From: Marsupella aquatica
Taxonomy: Eukaryota; Plantae; Marchantiophyta
Reading direction: 5' to 3'
Length of the DNA stretch: 64,000 bases
Assembly (NCBI GenBank): GCA_973895155.1
Contig: OZ316898.1
Coordinates: 20,409,292 to 20,473,291 of the forward strand
Shown here: piece after piece, positions 50,853-64,000 of the stretch
Layout of the letters: every line of letters starts with the position of its first letter
Position numbering within the stretch: position 1 is the first letter of the stretch
The notes under the pieces: generated by a model
What the model was told of the DNA's origin: nothing
Seen by the model: only the letters and a program-made list of their open reading frames with translations
Databases searched by the model: none
Made by a program: the position numbers and the translations under genes

Positions 50853-53800
50853 TCAATAGGGTGTCAAGCAAAATGTCCTTACTAGAGGAATGGACCTAGC
50901 TGACAAAGGCGAGACATCAGATGGCTGTACCTGCTTGGCATTTGTTTGTGAGGGAGGAGATGGTGGCACAAGGTCTTCATCAAAAACTATATTGAAAATT
51001 TCACTATAACTATCTACGAAGTGAACTTCAAGGCCTTCTTTCACATGTGCTGGAAGCTCGTCAAAGTCACGCTGATTTGCTTTTGGGAATATGACAATCT
51101 TCACTCCACTCCTCCTTGCTGCAACTGTTTTTTCCTTGACCTGCATGGGTGCCATTACTGAGAGTATTAAGCCAAATTCTCATAACAAAAATAAAAAGGA
51201 AGCCATTCAATTCAACGAACCTCCACAGTTCCTTCACCACACCAATAGTATAAGAATCCCCTCTCACTTGCTCTCACTCGACAATACAAGGGAAACGATC
51301 TTCTCGGGGAATAGTAGTGGCCAATTTCGATCAATATGAGCTGACACGGGAAGCATAAGCAAACAGTTACCCACCCCTCCAATGGGGAGAACACGGCCCG
51401 TCAGGGTCACCTCTCCAGTCATTGCCACATCCCGCTTGACCGCTTTGTCCATTGCCAAAGATAGGAGTGAAGTGATCATTGTACACCCTGCACTGGGTCC
51501 ATCTTTTGGAGTGGCACCAGCGGGAACATGTAGGTGAAGCCTGGAATTCGAAAAAAAGGGATTTGCAGGGTCCTTTTGACGCAATAGTGCCCTTGCAACC
51601 GTGTGAGCGATGGTAGCGCTCTCTTTCATCACGTCACCCAGTTGCCCAGTCATCTGCAGTCCTCCTTTTCCTTCATTTTGTTCAATGACACTAGTCTCAA
51701 CATATAGCGTAGAACCGCCCATTGCAGTCCAAGCAAGTCCCATAACCACACCAACAGGGGTTTGGTCATAAAGACGATCACTTTGGAAGACTGGGTTACC
51801 AACGTATTCAGAAAGATTTGAGTCATCAACTATTATAACTTCTCCTTCGTATGGTTTCTCCTCTTCATTTGACAATGTTTTAGGGGCCTGAAATATAGTA
51901 ACAATTCTTGTTGGTTAGTATCCGTAAAACGATACTGTAACATAATCTTCCTTAACTAATATTGTGGAAGTAGTAATGACTTTCATGGTAAACAAAGAGG
52001 GCAAGAGTCACTCGAAAAACAATACCTTAGAAGTGTCATCTGCTATCTTGGTCTCTGAATCTGTAGGAGTTGTGGTTCCAACTTTCTCAGCTTGTTCTTT
52101 GTCGTCCACAACTGGAAGGGGATTTATTTCTATGGCAACTTCGGCAACTGGCACAGATGTCTGAACTGTCCCTCCTTTCTTCAGGTCCCAGCGAACCAAC
52201 TTCAGTGCTATCTGCAGCCATATGGTTGTAAAGTATAACAAAGACTCTGTTAGCATGGATAAATTCTGTGAATGAAGAAGCTAAATTTCCAGAAACTAAA
52301 AACTTTCATGCCACAAGGGACTTTATAAGTTCCAAGGCTAAGTTGGCCCTAGATATCACAAACGGAAGGCGCACCTTGCGATATATCTTCTCAATGTGTT
52401 TTTGCAGACTGCGAACTCCTGCCTCTCGACAATATGTTTCTATTAATGTGTGAAGCGCAGCATCTGTGACTTTTACCTGCACACATCAGGTGGAGTGAAT
52501 GAGAAAAACCCTGTGGAACAATAGAGGAACCTAAAACTCAGACACAAAATAGCACCATTCCTTTTCCCTTTTCCAGATAGCTCATCTGGTACAAGCACTG
52601 CAATGGACAAACATACCTGCTCGGGTTTAACCCCGGAACCTTCACGTGCAGCACGCTCCAAGTAATCACGAGCAATGTGCATTTTCTCGTCTGTGATGTA
52701 TCCCACTAATCTTATCACTTCCATCCTGTCCAAAAGCGGGTTTGGAATACTCTCCACAACATTCGCAGTACACATGAAAAGAACCTGGACAACCAAAGAT
52801 ATCCATCAGGTTCAAGCTGATCGAGCTGCTGAATTCCAAAATAGATTCAATGCAGGCTACTTCACAGCGATATTTTTGTAAGGAACAAGTACTACGACCA
52901 CCCAAAGGAATGTCCGTGTTATCTAGCAACAATTAGAAATGGAATGCTTGATAACAAGGACGTTGTCAATCGTAAATGCTCATAGTGCAAACACCTGTCT
53001 AAAAAACCCTAAAACTTGCATAAAAGGTCATACATGAATCATAGACATGATTCATGTCAGAGCTTCCTGAGTACACACCTTTGACACGTCAATGGGAACA
53101 TCCAGGTAATGGTCCAAAAAGTTAGCATTCTGTTCAGGGTCCAGTAGCTCTAAAAGAGCACTAGCTGGGTCTCCTGCATGTCCACGACCCAACTGTCCCA
53201 TCCTTGCTCATCAGAAAGAGTGAGACGGGTTTTGCACACCAAAAAAAGGAACAAAACTCATTTCTACGTTCTCTTAGCTTTGCCATGGTTGTCCAAACCT
53301 GCCAGCTGTAACCGCAGCCATTGTATGTTTTATCAAATGCACTTTACTTCAGTCTCATCTCTTAGAGAATGCATAGCAATTTCGGTGCTAGCGTTTAGTT
53401 TTTCGAACCTTGTCAATTTCGTCAATTAAAACCAAAGGATTGGCAGTTCCTGCCGCTTTAAGGCACTGCACCATCTTTCCTGGCATGGCTCCCACATATG
53501 TCCTCCGATGCCCCTGCATGAACACCGTAACTCAGTTTTGGATTGAAAGTAAACTTCCTACAGCAAAAAGCCCAAAACCAGGTCTTCTGTCAGCATAGGA
53601 AATGGAACGCAGCTCATGACGCAGTGGCGATTCAGAAGTGTGACGACGATGGGTTTCCAGATATTGATTTTACGTAAAGAATTTTAAAACTTCTTACAGC
53701 AGATATTCCAAAACCGGGGATTGAAAGAGACATCGTCCTTCTGCTGGAGAAAATTACTAACATAGTCCTTTCCAACAATGCTTGTAAGGTAGGACAAATC

Positions 53801-56800
53801 AAGTTGGAAGGTATAGTGCAAATGCAAGCAAATCGCTGTACTTGACGTAACACTACGTGAATGAAAGTGTTCATAGAAAATATACTTGGAGAGTGAAAGC
53901 TTACTTTGATTTCAGCGACATCACCAAGGCCTCCAACAGAGAAACGGTAGTATTGTCTGTTGAGTGCATGTGCTATGGAACGCACAATGCTCGTCTTCCC
54001 TACTCCAGGTGGGCCAGCTAAACAAATTATTTTACCTGCATAGAAGCTCACAATGCCAACATCAGAGAATGGAGGTGGCGCACCTCGAGGCTTAGAGCAA
54101 AAGGGTAATCCCCAAGCATTAGCAGACTTTGGTGACGTATAATGCATTTACCTTGAGCTGTACCACGTAACTTCCCCACGGCAATAAACTCCAGAATGCG
54201 TTCTTTCACATCAGCTAATCCATAGTGCTCGGCATCCAGTATTTCTTGCGCTCGATGGACATCAAAGTTTTCCTCACTACACAAATTAGAAAGATTTATT
54301 CAAAGAATTCTCGAACTGGAAACAAATGAATGAACAAACAAGGGGACAAAGATATTATAAAGTCTCCACTCTTTAAATGCTACCATTAAAGCTAAGCATT
54401 GTGGATTTCAAGCAATTTGCTAGGGGTAAGATCAAAATTTACGTCACATTCCACAATGCAAATAAAACAACAAGCTCCCATGTGGAAGGAATAACTTCAA
54501 ATTACCACAGTCCACATCCTAGCACCTAGTGAAACAGGCGAGGAATTCATCTGAGGAAACTGAGGAAATAGGAACCTTATCTTCTAGAAACACTGTTAAA
54601 GAGAGGATATATGTCACCTGTACTGCCCCCATGGAAGGGATGTGAGCCAGTCCAAGTAGTTGCGAGTGACATTGAATTCGCTGGAGCTGGACTCCAAGCC
54701 TTGAAGTTTGTTCAGCTCGTCGTCAATCACTTGCAACACATGTGGAGGACAACCCTGCCTACGAGGCTCTAGCCTTTCCTTAAATTTTACTGCACACAGG
54801 GGCAGCACAAAAGCTGAGTGTTCTTACTTTACTTTAACATATAGTCCACCTCTATGGTATCGAGAGGAAACCCGACCACGGAAAGGGGAATAGTAAAATA
54901 GAACGCATGAAGGACACCAGTAGACAACTGAAAAATCTAGTTATATTTTGTAACAGTCCAGGGGCAATAATAATCAGACTCCTTTTCGAAGAACAACACA
55001 GATACCATCAAATGTAGATTAACCGGACTTACTTGTCACTGCAGTTTTGTCATCTGTCTCTAATCCAAGCTCCTACAATCAAGCATCATTACAAATTACA
55101 AGCAGTCAATGTCATGGTTCATACTAAAGCAGGTCTTCCAGCACCCTGGTAAGAACAACTGATGCCAAAACGACCCAAGTCTGGGCACACCAAGTGAGTC
55201 TCACCGCTATATACTGACCCTGCCAATGAATTTTTAACAGCTACTGTTCCAGTTTTAGGCCAGATTATTATACTGCAGCCGGAAAGGCCAGACAAGTTTC
55301 GCTGATCTAACTAAGAAACATATCAACTTTTTGAGTTCGGACGGCAAGTGCTTCAAAGATCACCTTGGTCTCCTAACACGAAGGGATTTTTTTCATACAA
55401 ACAGATTAATGAATCAGTCGGAAGGGAATTGTCTGACCTTCTTAATGGCCTTGAACTGCTCCATCAAGAAAAAGCGCCTCTGCTCACCACTAATTTTCTC
55501 TTCCACGCCTTTAGCTATTGACGCCTGGGTTATACACATGACAATCATCTCGCTCAGAAAGACCTAGAACGTGCTTGCACTTAGTTCCCAGATATTGCTT
55601 TAAAGGAAAAAGAGAATCTCTGGACTTAATAGACAGTGGATTTCGACATAAGAACCAGTCATCATGACAGGCATCTCACAGATATGCCAGTGGTCCCACA
55701 GACAACCAAGCCATGAGCTATAAGCAGGTCCATAGGACTAAGACTACCCGTCTAACAGATCTAACTAATTGCATCGTGAATAGTGTTGTTCATTAATACC
55801 AGACTGAGTGATATTACAATCAACAGTGTTTGAGAACATGGGACGCAGCACAAATTGCACGCACCTGAAGCTTGCTGAGCTCCAACTCTTTCTTGAGTAG
55901 AGTTAGTGTCATGTACAAGCGGTTTGTAACCTGCAGTCGATGCAAACAAAGAATTCGATACCAAGGTGATTAAGGTTGAGAGTCTAGCCATTGATGCATG
56001 GCCTTGAGTGACAGAGTTCCTAGCAATTACACCATATCAAACAAAAGTGCAAAGAGTTCGCAAGCAAATTATAAACCTTGACAGCCATGACTTCATGTGC
56101 AAACTACAAGTTCATAGACATCCATCTATAAGAGATATGTGCACTCACGTCAAGCTCTTCAAGAACTTCTTGCAAAGACGGCTCATCTGCTGTTGTAAGA
56201 GCAGCTCCAAAGTCAGCCAATTTGGATGCATTAAACTCTCCCATGTGCTGCCAGAGAACAAAATTGGTCACCAGATTAGGAACATACCGACTCACACCGC
56301 TGAAGCTTAATTTGCAGATATCCAGACAAACGTTTTCACTGAGAAATAACTTCAACTAACCTGGATGAATAATTGAATGTGTTCTTTGTAGAGTGGATTG
56401 AGGCGAATCAAATCTTTCATTGTAGTTACAACTTCCATCACTGTTGCCTTGATTACATCCTGGTTGCTATCATATGGCTTATCCTGCATAAAGTGTTATA
56501 CTCTGATGAGTGAGACAATTTGATGAGAGTTTAACACTTTTCATATTACATTAGTAAGCATACCCCAGGCCTGAGAACACCTAAATGACCAGTCCATAAG
56601 AAGAATTACATCATTGTCAGATCAACTTCGAAACTAAACTATCTATTCTCTGAACTGATTGCGATGCGATACAAGAAAAAGGAGCGCTTGGTAACAGCTG
56701 GCTATTAAGTATTAAACCCAAATATATGATTCTACTAAACAATGGATCTAGGTCTAAGCACTTTCAATTTTCCAATTGACTAGAGAGACCAACAATTGAC

Positions 56801-59238
56801 GCCTACGCAGGGAACAGTCTAGAGCAAAACAAGTACGGTTGCACCAGTCTCTAGTTTGGCCAATATTTTTCAGGCCTCTTCCAATTCTCATCGTACTTAG
56901 TTTACTAACCTGAGGCTTACTCATTCAAGATCCATTGTTACGAACAATTGAATAAAACAGGCCCTGGAGAATGGACGAAATACTGTAGGTTCTCGCTGGA
57001 GGAGGGCAACCACCGAAACGTTTTTCACAACAAAAGCTATAGGTGAATGAGTCCACACGACAAGCCTGATAAACAGCAAAGATATTACGAAGGAAAATAC
57101 CTTAACATGCTCCACAGAAACTGTAAGAGGGTCGCTCTCTACCTGCAGGAAGTAAATGAACTTCGATCACAGGTCCGGAGAATACACAATTGCAACATAG
57201 CAAAGTGCTCATTATACAAAGCAGATCGTTAAGATTTCACTCAAGGTCGAGCCACAAGAGTTAAACTACTATTATGTTGCGTGCAAAACCATATCTCCAT
57301 ACAGCCTGGGGACATCTTTGTCTTGCAGACAAGACAACCAATTACTTACCATGCCTGTGAGCCGCAGGCGTCGATGGCCCATTAAGAGAAACTGAGAGGA
57401 ACCTTCTCCACCATCAACTTGCCTGAAGACATTTGTGATCTGTTCCAAAAGCATGAACCGCTAAGTTTTCCTAAGTGGATGCACATGTACCCTATAAGTG
57501 CTGCTACTTTACGAGTGATTTTCGTTGTAATATAAGCACTAAACGGCACATTCTAATGTCGACGTGTACTTAACACTCAGGAAGCGAACCAAGCACGCCT
57601 TTGATCATTGGCAGATTGTTAATGCAACTAACTCACTTCCTAACATTATCCAAACTAACCTCGGACGATTGTCTATCCTCGTCTGGGATTATGTGCACCA
57701 GTTGCCAAATCTAGTCTGCTAGATATGCACTCAATATATAGGGAACTAAAGTGCACAACGTTTAAGTATATTCATCAGCGCAAGCTTCCTTTTCACTCGC
57801 AATTGTCTTGACTATCTTACTCAAAAGGAATCAAAAGAACAATTTATTGATTCTAGGACAGACAACAAAACCTGTGCAAAAGTCCCATACTCATGTAGAG
57901 ACTTGTACAGTTCTTCACCATGAAGCTCGTCCTCGTTTTTGGCTTGTCCATCTGATCCTGGAAAGACCACGAGGTCTTTGCTCTTACCAGCGTCTTTCAT
58001 CAGAAAAGTGCCAACCCAAGGTGTTCCTCGCATTCGCAAGTCCATCAGCTTTGCTGCAAGCTTTTGATCCTGTTGGAGGTAGATTGATAAATTGGTTAAA
58101 CACAACACAGACTCTCATGCCCAACTCTTAAATAATGCAGATCACTCTTCGCAAGACAGCCTTGAAGCATAGAGTGCTTCGACTACTGCACAATCAAGAA
58201 GGATTGATCGAGTTGATTTAAAGTTGATGAACAAATTACAGAGAAAGTGATGGTACAGCGAATTGACTTCACCTTCGTTGAGAAAGGAACATAGAAGCCT
58301 GGGAACAATGGCCTCCTGGTCAACCTTATGGCTACAACCTGAAGCACAAAAGGAAAAGCGAATGTTGTCGTGAACACAGTTTCTGAACACTAGCTCATTT
58401 TTTAGAGTGCCTCCCTCGTTTCCACTAAAGAAGATTGAAGTTGAAGCAGATATGAGTTTCAGTATCGTCAGAACAAACTCAAAAGCCAAACAGATAACGA
58501 TGTGGAGAGCAGCAGTGGAACTAATCTAGTCGTCTCGAGCACTTGGCAGAAACTTGAGTTACCTCTATGTGGATAATTAAAGAAAGGTGCTAAGAATCCA
58601 CGGACGGTTACAATTCTCACCTCTGGGAAGTTTTCTGGCCTAGGGCTGGAAGGGACCATAGCAGCTGAAACCACTGGCTCTCCTTCAGTTGATTGAGGAG
58701 CCTCTGGACTTTCTTTCTCAGCTCCATTCTCATCACCAGATTCTTTCTCAAGTACTATTTCCTTTACGACAGCGGTTTCCTTCTCGCCTGCACTTTCCTG
58801 CTCCGCCGCAATTTCCTTTGGGTCCTTCTTGGAAGAGGGTCTTTTGAAGGGGTTCAGCCTGTCCAAAAGCGTCGTCCCGGCCTTAGTCACTTCATTGAAT
58901 CCCTTTTCAGCTTCTCCTTTGAGGGCGTGCTCGGCATTGCTCTCACCATCCGCCACATCGGGTCCTTCCTCAGGAGGGCTTTCTCCATCGGACTTCCCAG
59001 AACCATCTCCAGATTTACTAGATGAAGAAGACGAAAGCAACCGGCCCCATTGCGGCGCACCAAGTGCAGCTACTTTAGACCGGGCTTGTACTGCATCCCA
59101 TAGCGCGAGAAGAGGTGGACGATCTCCCCCTTTCGCATCATAGCACTGCTGCTGCAACCCTGCTTGTCGTGGACGTGCAGCGTTCCTTACAGCCGCTACA
59201 CTCCGCCCGTAAATGGACGGAGCAACAACTGCCAGCAT
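50853..59238 (-). CDS. LON1: Mitochondrial ATP-dependent Lon protease, ~20 coding exons
   Basis: ATG at 59238 with an Arg/Ala-rich presequence. Lon N domain [29 protein letters not shown], Walker [23 protein letters not shown], Walker B LIDEIDK, Ser-Lys dyad PKDGPSAG...GVKEK. Stop at 50853-50855. GT-AG boundaries checked for most exons. Confidence 0.95.
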
Positions 59239-62200
59239 CTATACCTCCCTCTCCCAACTTCCGCCAGTTTCAAATTTTCGTCAGTACGCAGTTCTCTTCA
59301 CGTTCACGAGAGCCTGTCAAACAAATGGTCAGATTCAGAAACCTTTCAAACGGCTTTTCAGCAGGGTTATTCTGCTTGTGTCCAGGAATTTGTCAAGCAC
59401 ATTAAACGCGAGTATGGCATCTGCATCCTGTGATCACCATATTTTTATTTTCCTCTTCGAGATTCAAGCAAAAAATTAAAAAACCGGAGATTACACGATG
59501 CAGATGTCATATATGGGGCAAGGGCTGGACCAATGAACGAATTTAGTCCCGAATGAGTTGGACTATAGTGAATGAAAGGTCGCAGCCACTTGAAAACATC
59601 AGGCCAGTAGTTTAAGATTGATCCTGTGACGCGAGTCCTTTAACTAGAAATACCACTGGTATTGATGAGCACTACTATTAATCTCGCCGTAACGAACTTC
59701 TTGTGTAGTTATTTTGCCACTCGACTTGAACAATCGTGATTAGAGCGTGACAGGTTGCTTTGTGCCGGTTACAAAATTGATGTAAAGCCCTGGAAGAATT
59801 TATGTGTTCTCAACACTTCAAACATTTTATTCGGCACACTGTGTCAAAACCCTCGAAAAACCCTAGCCTAAAATGCACAGATTCGCATCCACAGAAGAGA
59901 AGCCAGATCAACCACGGCAGCTGCACGATCCGCAGGAAATTCTAATTACAGATGAGGCTGAGGGTTTAAGGAATAAATCACGCACAGTATTCAGTCAGCT
60001 AGAATTCACTGCCGACCATCCCAGGTATTATCGGGAGGAGGGACGAACGTGAAACAAAAGCCCCAACAGAATAAAGCATAACAGAATCGCATTTCTCATT
60101 TCTGCTAAGGTGTTTCTGCTACGGAACTTCTGCGTTTGTGAAGTCAGGCGTCCTGGAGGGTCTGTAAGTGCAATAGATCCCTTCAGAAGGGGTCCACCGA
60201 TGCGGAAGCACAAAGTAGGAGAACAAAAGGAGATCGAAGGGGAAAACCAGGAGAAAACCCGTTCGAGTAAACCAGCATGGAGATCTGACCCTCACCTTGA
60301 TCGCATACTCGTAGGAGAAGAAGAGGAATAGTTCCGCCTGAGAGGCAAACAATGTCCTCACTGTTCGAACCATCACCTTGGTCAATTTCTTCGGTTGTGT
60401 TTCACCAGGCACCTCAATTCCGGCTCCAAGCTGTGAAGCTCATTCGTGCCGACTGAATGTCCCCTCTCGCCGACTGACGCAGCTTCGATATCTGGTGATC
60501 AAGAGACCTCACAGGTCGAAGTTCCTTGCTCGATCGGAATTCTTCGGAAGAATTTGATATGGTGCTCTCTTCGCGCCTCACATTAGTTCAGTGACCTTCG
60601 TGTAAACGTGGTAGTAGTTGGCAAGAGTGTAAGCACACTGTCTGAGGTCAAGTAAAAGCGTAATCGAAAACTGCATGACTGTAAGTAATGTGGAGTAGAA
60701 GTGTAAGGCAGAGTAGTAGACTGTATGAGTGTAAGCAAGGGTGTGTTACGAGGAGCTCATGACTTTGACTTGGCATTACTTACGGTGTACGGTTTTGTAT
60801 CACGAGTAGTTCTTTATTTATTATTTTTACATGTCCACTTAGAAAGTACCACAAAGTTGTAAACCCTTTGGTTACCATGGGAATACCAAGGGAACTTAAT
60901 AAACCCCTCTGTTACTTTAACATTTTGTAAGTAATTTATGGAATGGCATATGGGCTCTATGGACATAGGAGTAGTAAGGGAACATTATCTTGAATAGTCT
61001 ACTCTTTTGGTCTCTCATCTCCATAGTCAAGCCTATTCCACCATGAAAATCGTCATCTCTCTAACTTGTTGATTAAAGTCTGATTTGCATAACCAAAGGG
61101 TCCTCTAACTAATTTTGATCAATATTCAAATAATGGGGATTCAGGCTGTATATAATAAATTATGGGTAATTAACTCCGAAGCCTTGAGAGTCCAACTGAG
61201 CTGTACTATGTTTCATGGTTGTATACTACTTGTTATTGCATTTCTAAGCTTAGATAACACTGTTTGGGTCATTTCCACATGAGCACCCAATCAAGCCTAC
61301 TAACATGCCATCATTAGTACTCGTATATGCTTGAAGTGGAGGCAAGAGGGAGGCTAGGAGGAGAAGTAATTCAGCTTTCTTTGCCAAAACTTTCTAGCAG
61401 ACTTTGCAAGTAGGATGGACCATACTGAAACCCTATTCTTTTGCTAAAGAGCCTGAATGCCTGCTCTTTGAATGTGAATACAAATGATGACAAAATTATC
61501 ATGCATGCTGGTCATTTTGACATACACAACATCCCATCCATTTTTCCATCAACATAAGTTTGGTGGGGCCCTAGGGGTTAAGATCTAGATGCTTCCCTCT
61601 AGCTTTTGGTCACAATTTATTAGTAAGATATGGTAAATTTATACCTATGGGCAAAAAATGTGACCTGAATAGACAATATTGAAACCCCCTTTTCTGCTCC
61701 TATCACACATATTACACCTATGAATGATTGGGGGTAGTTAGGATCTAAATTGAAGCTAGGACGGACCTCCATGTTTGCCAAAACTCTCCTATAGAGTTTG
61801 CAACTAGAATGGACCATATTGAAACCCTATTTTCTGACATAATTATGGTACATATTACATCTACGAGCAAAAATGTGACAAGAAAAGGGATGGGTATTGA
61901 AATTGTCTTCCTGCTCATAGGCACTTATTATACCGAGTGAAAAGTAAAGTCGCTGATTTGAGCTGAGTCTGAGGGTGCCTTTGGTCCTCGCGGTTTGCAA
62001 AAGGGCTATCTCATTGGCTTGCCAAACCGTGTTCAGTCTCCCACATGAGCTTGCGTTGGGGATACAACACTGAGTAGGCATGGATGTTGAGCCAAGTGCA
62101 TCTTGCCCTCAGACTTTTGGTTGAGATGGAACCGTAGAGACAGTTGCTAGAGTTGGGGACAAGCTAACTATTTGGGCCATGGGCATGTCCTGATGGTATG

Positions 62201-62759
62201 GGGGTCAGTTAATAATGGATGGAAAGTGAGGAAGCTCGAGCAACATCCGACAAAGGGGTTGTTTTGGACGAACAATGGGTGCTAACGCTAGCTTCAACTT
62301 ATGATAAGGTCACACCAGCCCAAGAGGCTCTGTCCACACACCTATTTACCAAAGATTGTTGAGTTTAAGAAAAATAATGGTCTTGGGATCCAAAATCAAG
62401 GTGGATTACTTACCGATACACTTGGTTGCTTGTGTAGACAATAAGAGCCGTTGAATTACGGTCGTGTTGAGTAGCCAGTGCAACTTTGTATGAGAGTTAT
62501 TGCTGATGGTGATAAAGACACCGAGTTATTTGCTCATGAAGTTCTAGGCATTTGGGCACCAAGAATACTAAAGAAAAAAATATAGGATTTGGTGAAAGTA
62601 CTAGGTGGCTAGGTCCACCACTAATAACAAGAAAATTAACATATGTAAGAGCAAGTGAAATTAAACAAGAAAACAGAAGTCATCTTTTGAAATTAATTTG
62701 GAGATACCTCTTTTCTGCTCATGTAGCACATATTATATTTATGAGTGAAAAGAGTGAAA

Positions 62760-63200
62760 TGTGACAAGAAAAGGCTTTCTCAATTCAATTTGAACATATT
62801 ATTTTCCAAGCCTCTTCTAGCAAGCTCAAGAAGAGCCAATTAGACTTTGAGATATTATGCTCATTGCAAAGATTTTTCCAAGTCTCTTCTAGCAAAGCCC
62901 AAGAAAAGCAAATTCTAGAGATGAAAGTATAAGTAAGCCTCTTGTGGCAAGCCCAAGAAGAGCAAATTCCAGAGATGAATGTCTAAGTTAGCTGCTCAAT
63001 TTTTCTGGAAAGGAAATATCAAATGATCTTTAGAATTCATAGCAGATATTGAATGTCATCTTGAAAGTCTACGTTGGCTGCTCAAAAACTTTTAGAAATC
63101 CATAGCTCTCTCACTCCATGAAAACTAGCCACATTAGACTTGTTAGAAGGATCTTTGAGAGACTCTTCTAACGAGACATTAGACTTGTTAGGACTTCTGA
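62760..63200. repeat. Degenerate tandem repeats in intergenic/TE-derived DNA
   Basis: AGCCTCTT(C/G)T(A/G)GCAAGC(T/C)CAAGAAGAGC recurs three times at 62805-62970. ACATTAGACTTGTTAG is duplicated at 63131 and 63176. Confidence 0.5.
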
Positions 63201-64000
63201 GAAAACCGCTCCGATGACAGTGCATATCAATGGACATATTGCAAGTCGAAATTTGCTGCCATGTTTTCGAAAATGAGAAGGTATCAACGAGAAGGTATAC
63301 CATGCAACTCCTGTTAATTCGAATAATACTTGAGAACTTCGAGAGACAGGTGGAGTTTTATTGTTGGATGCATTCACAATCACTATTTCTGAATTCGTCC
63401 GCGAACTTAGATGTCACAAATACTCTGCATGTAAGGTGTTCCCGCATGTTTTGAAATGTTGTGCAAGTAGCCGGACCTTTTAAGCAAGAGTTAAATTCCC
63501 ATTCCCATCTTCCTTCCCCATAATCCATTCCATACACAAACTAGGGCTGATCTCAAAGCTTACCATATGCATTTGATCTCTAAGCCGTAAAACATTCAAA
63601 TATCTTCAAATCCTACATTCTCTGTTGCATTTCACAATGTGATGAGCAGCAACCGCTCGACAAACATCATACATGCATGCAGTCCTTCATTGGTACCAAG
63701 GCCTTTAAATACTGAAAGCATGTGCTCAGTTCCAAGATATTGACAAAATATTACAATGGATCGTTGTACACATCTAAAGCTTTCCATATGTTTAGTGGAT
63801 CTATCTAGTACCAGTGAAGTACAAATCATACATAGATTGCCACGCTTCTATGGTACAAGTCAATCTCATCTTCAATCGAGTTTCCAATTCCTCTAAAATA
63901 TATAACTATGAAATTACAATCTCATTGCCAAATATTCTGGTTAATATCACCAGAACATAAATTATAATGAATTAAAAATCGAAAACAAAAATGCGAGGCA

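Noticed and set aside
38900-59238. Functional cluster of mitochondrial E2-like and Lon genes, and of organelle-targeted genes generally
   Set aside because: Adjacent housekeeping genes with no shared regulatory evidence. This is compatible with chance unless conserved synteny is shown.

Overview
Eukaryotic nuclear DNA from a land plant. Compact spliceosomal GT-AG introns, long leaders and the gene set suggest a bryophyte or other non-seed plant; the organism is inferred, not shown. Seven intact protein-coding genes were reconstructed by hand: ABHD18-like alpha/beta hydrolase (+), an intronless M1 aminopeptidase N (+), a PhnP-like metallo-beta-lactamase-fold hydrolase (+), an At5g48020-like 2OG-Fe(II) oxygenase with a GC-AG intron (+), a fibrillin-like plastid protein (+), a two-lipoyl-domain mitochondrial pyruvate dehydrogenase E2-family protein (-) and mitochondrial Lon protease (-). 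The left end is a nest of dead transposons: a spliced MULE/SWIM transposase pseudogene interrupted by a 296-bp TIR element with a perfect 8-bp TSD, then L1 fragments. The most striking observation is in the E2-family gene. Its acetyltransferase motif DHRxxDG reads DNRVYNG and its peripheral-subunit-binding domain looks E3BP-like, making it a candidate plant E3-binding protein (protein X/PDHX analogue).
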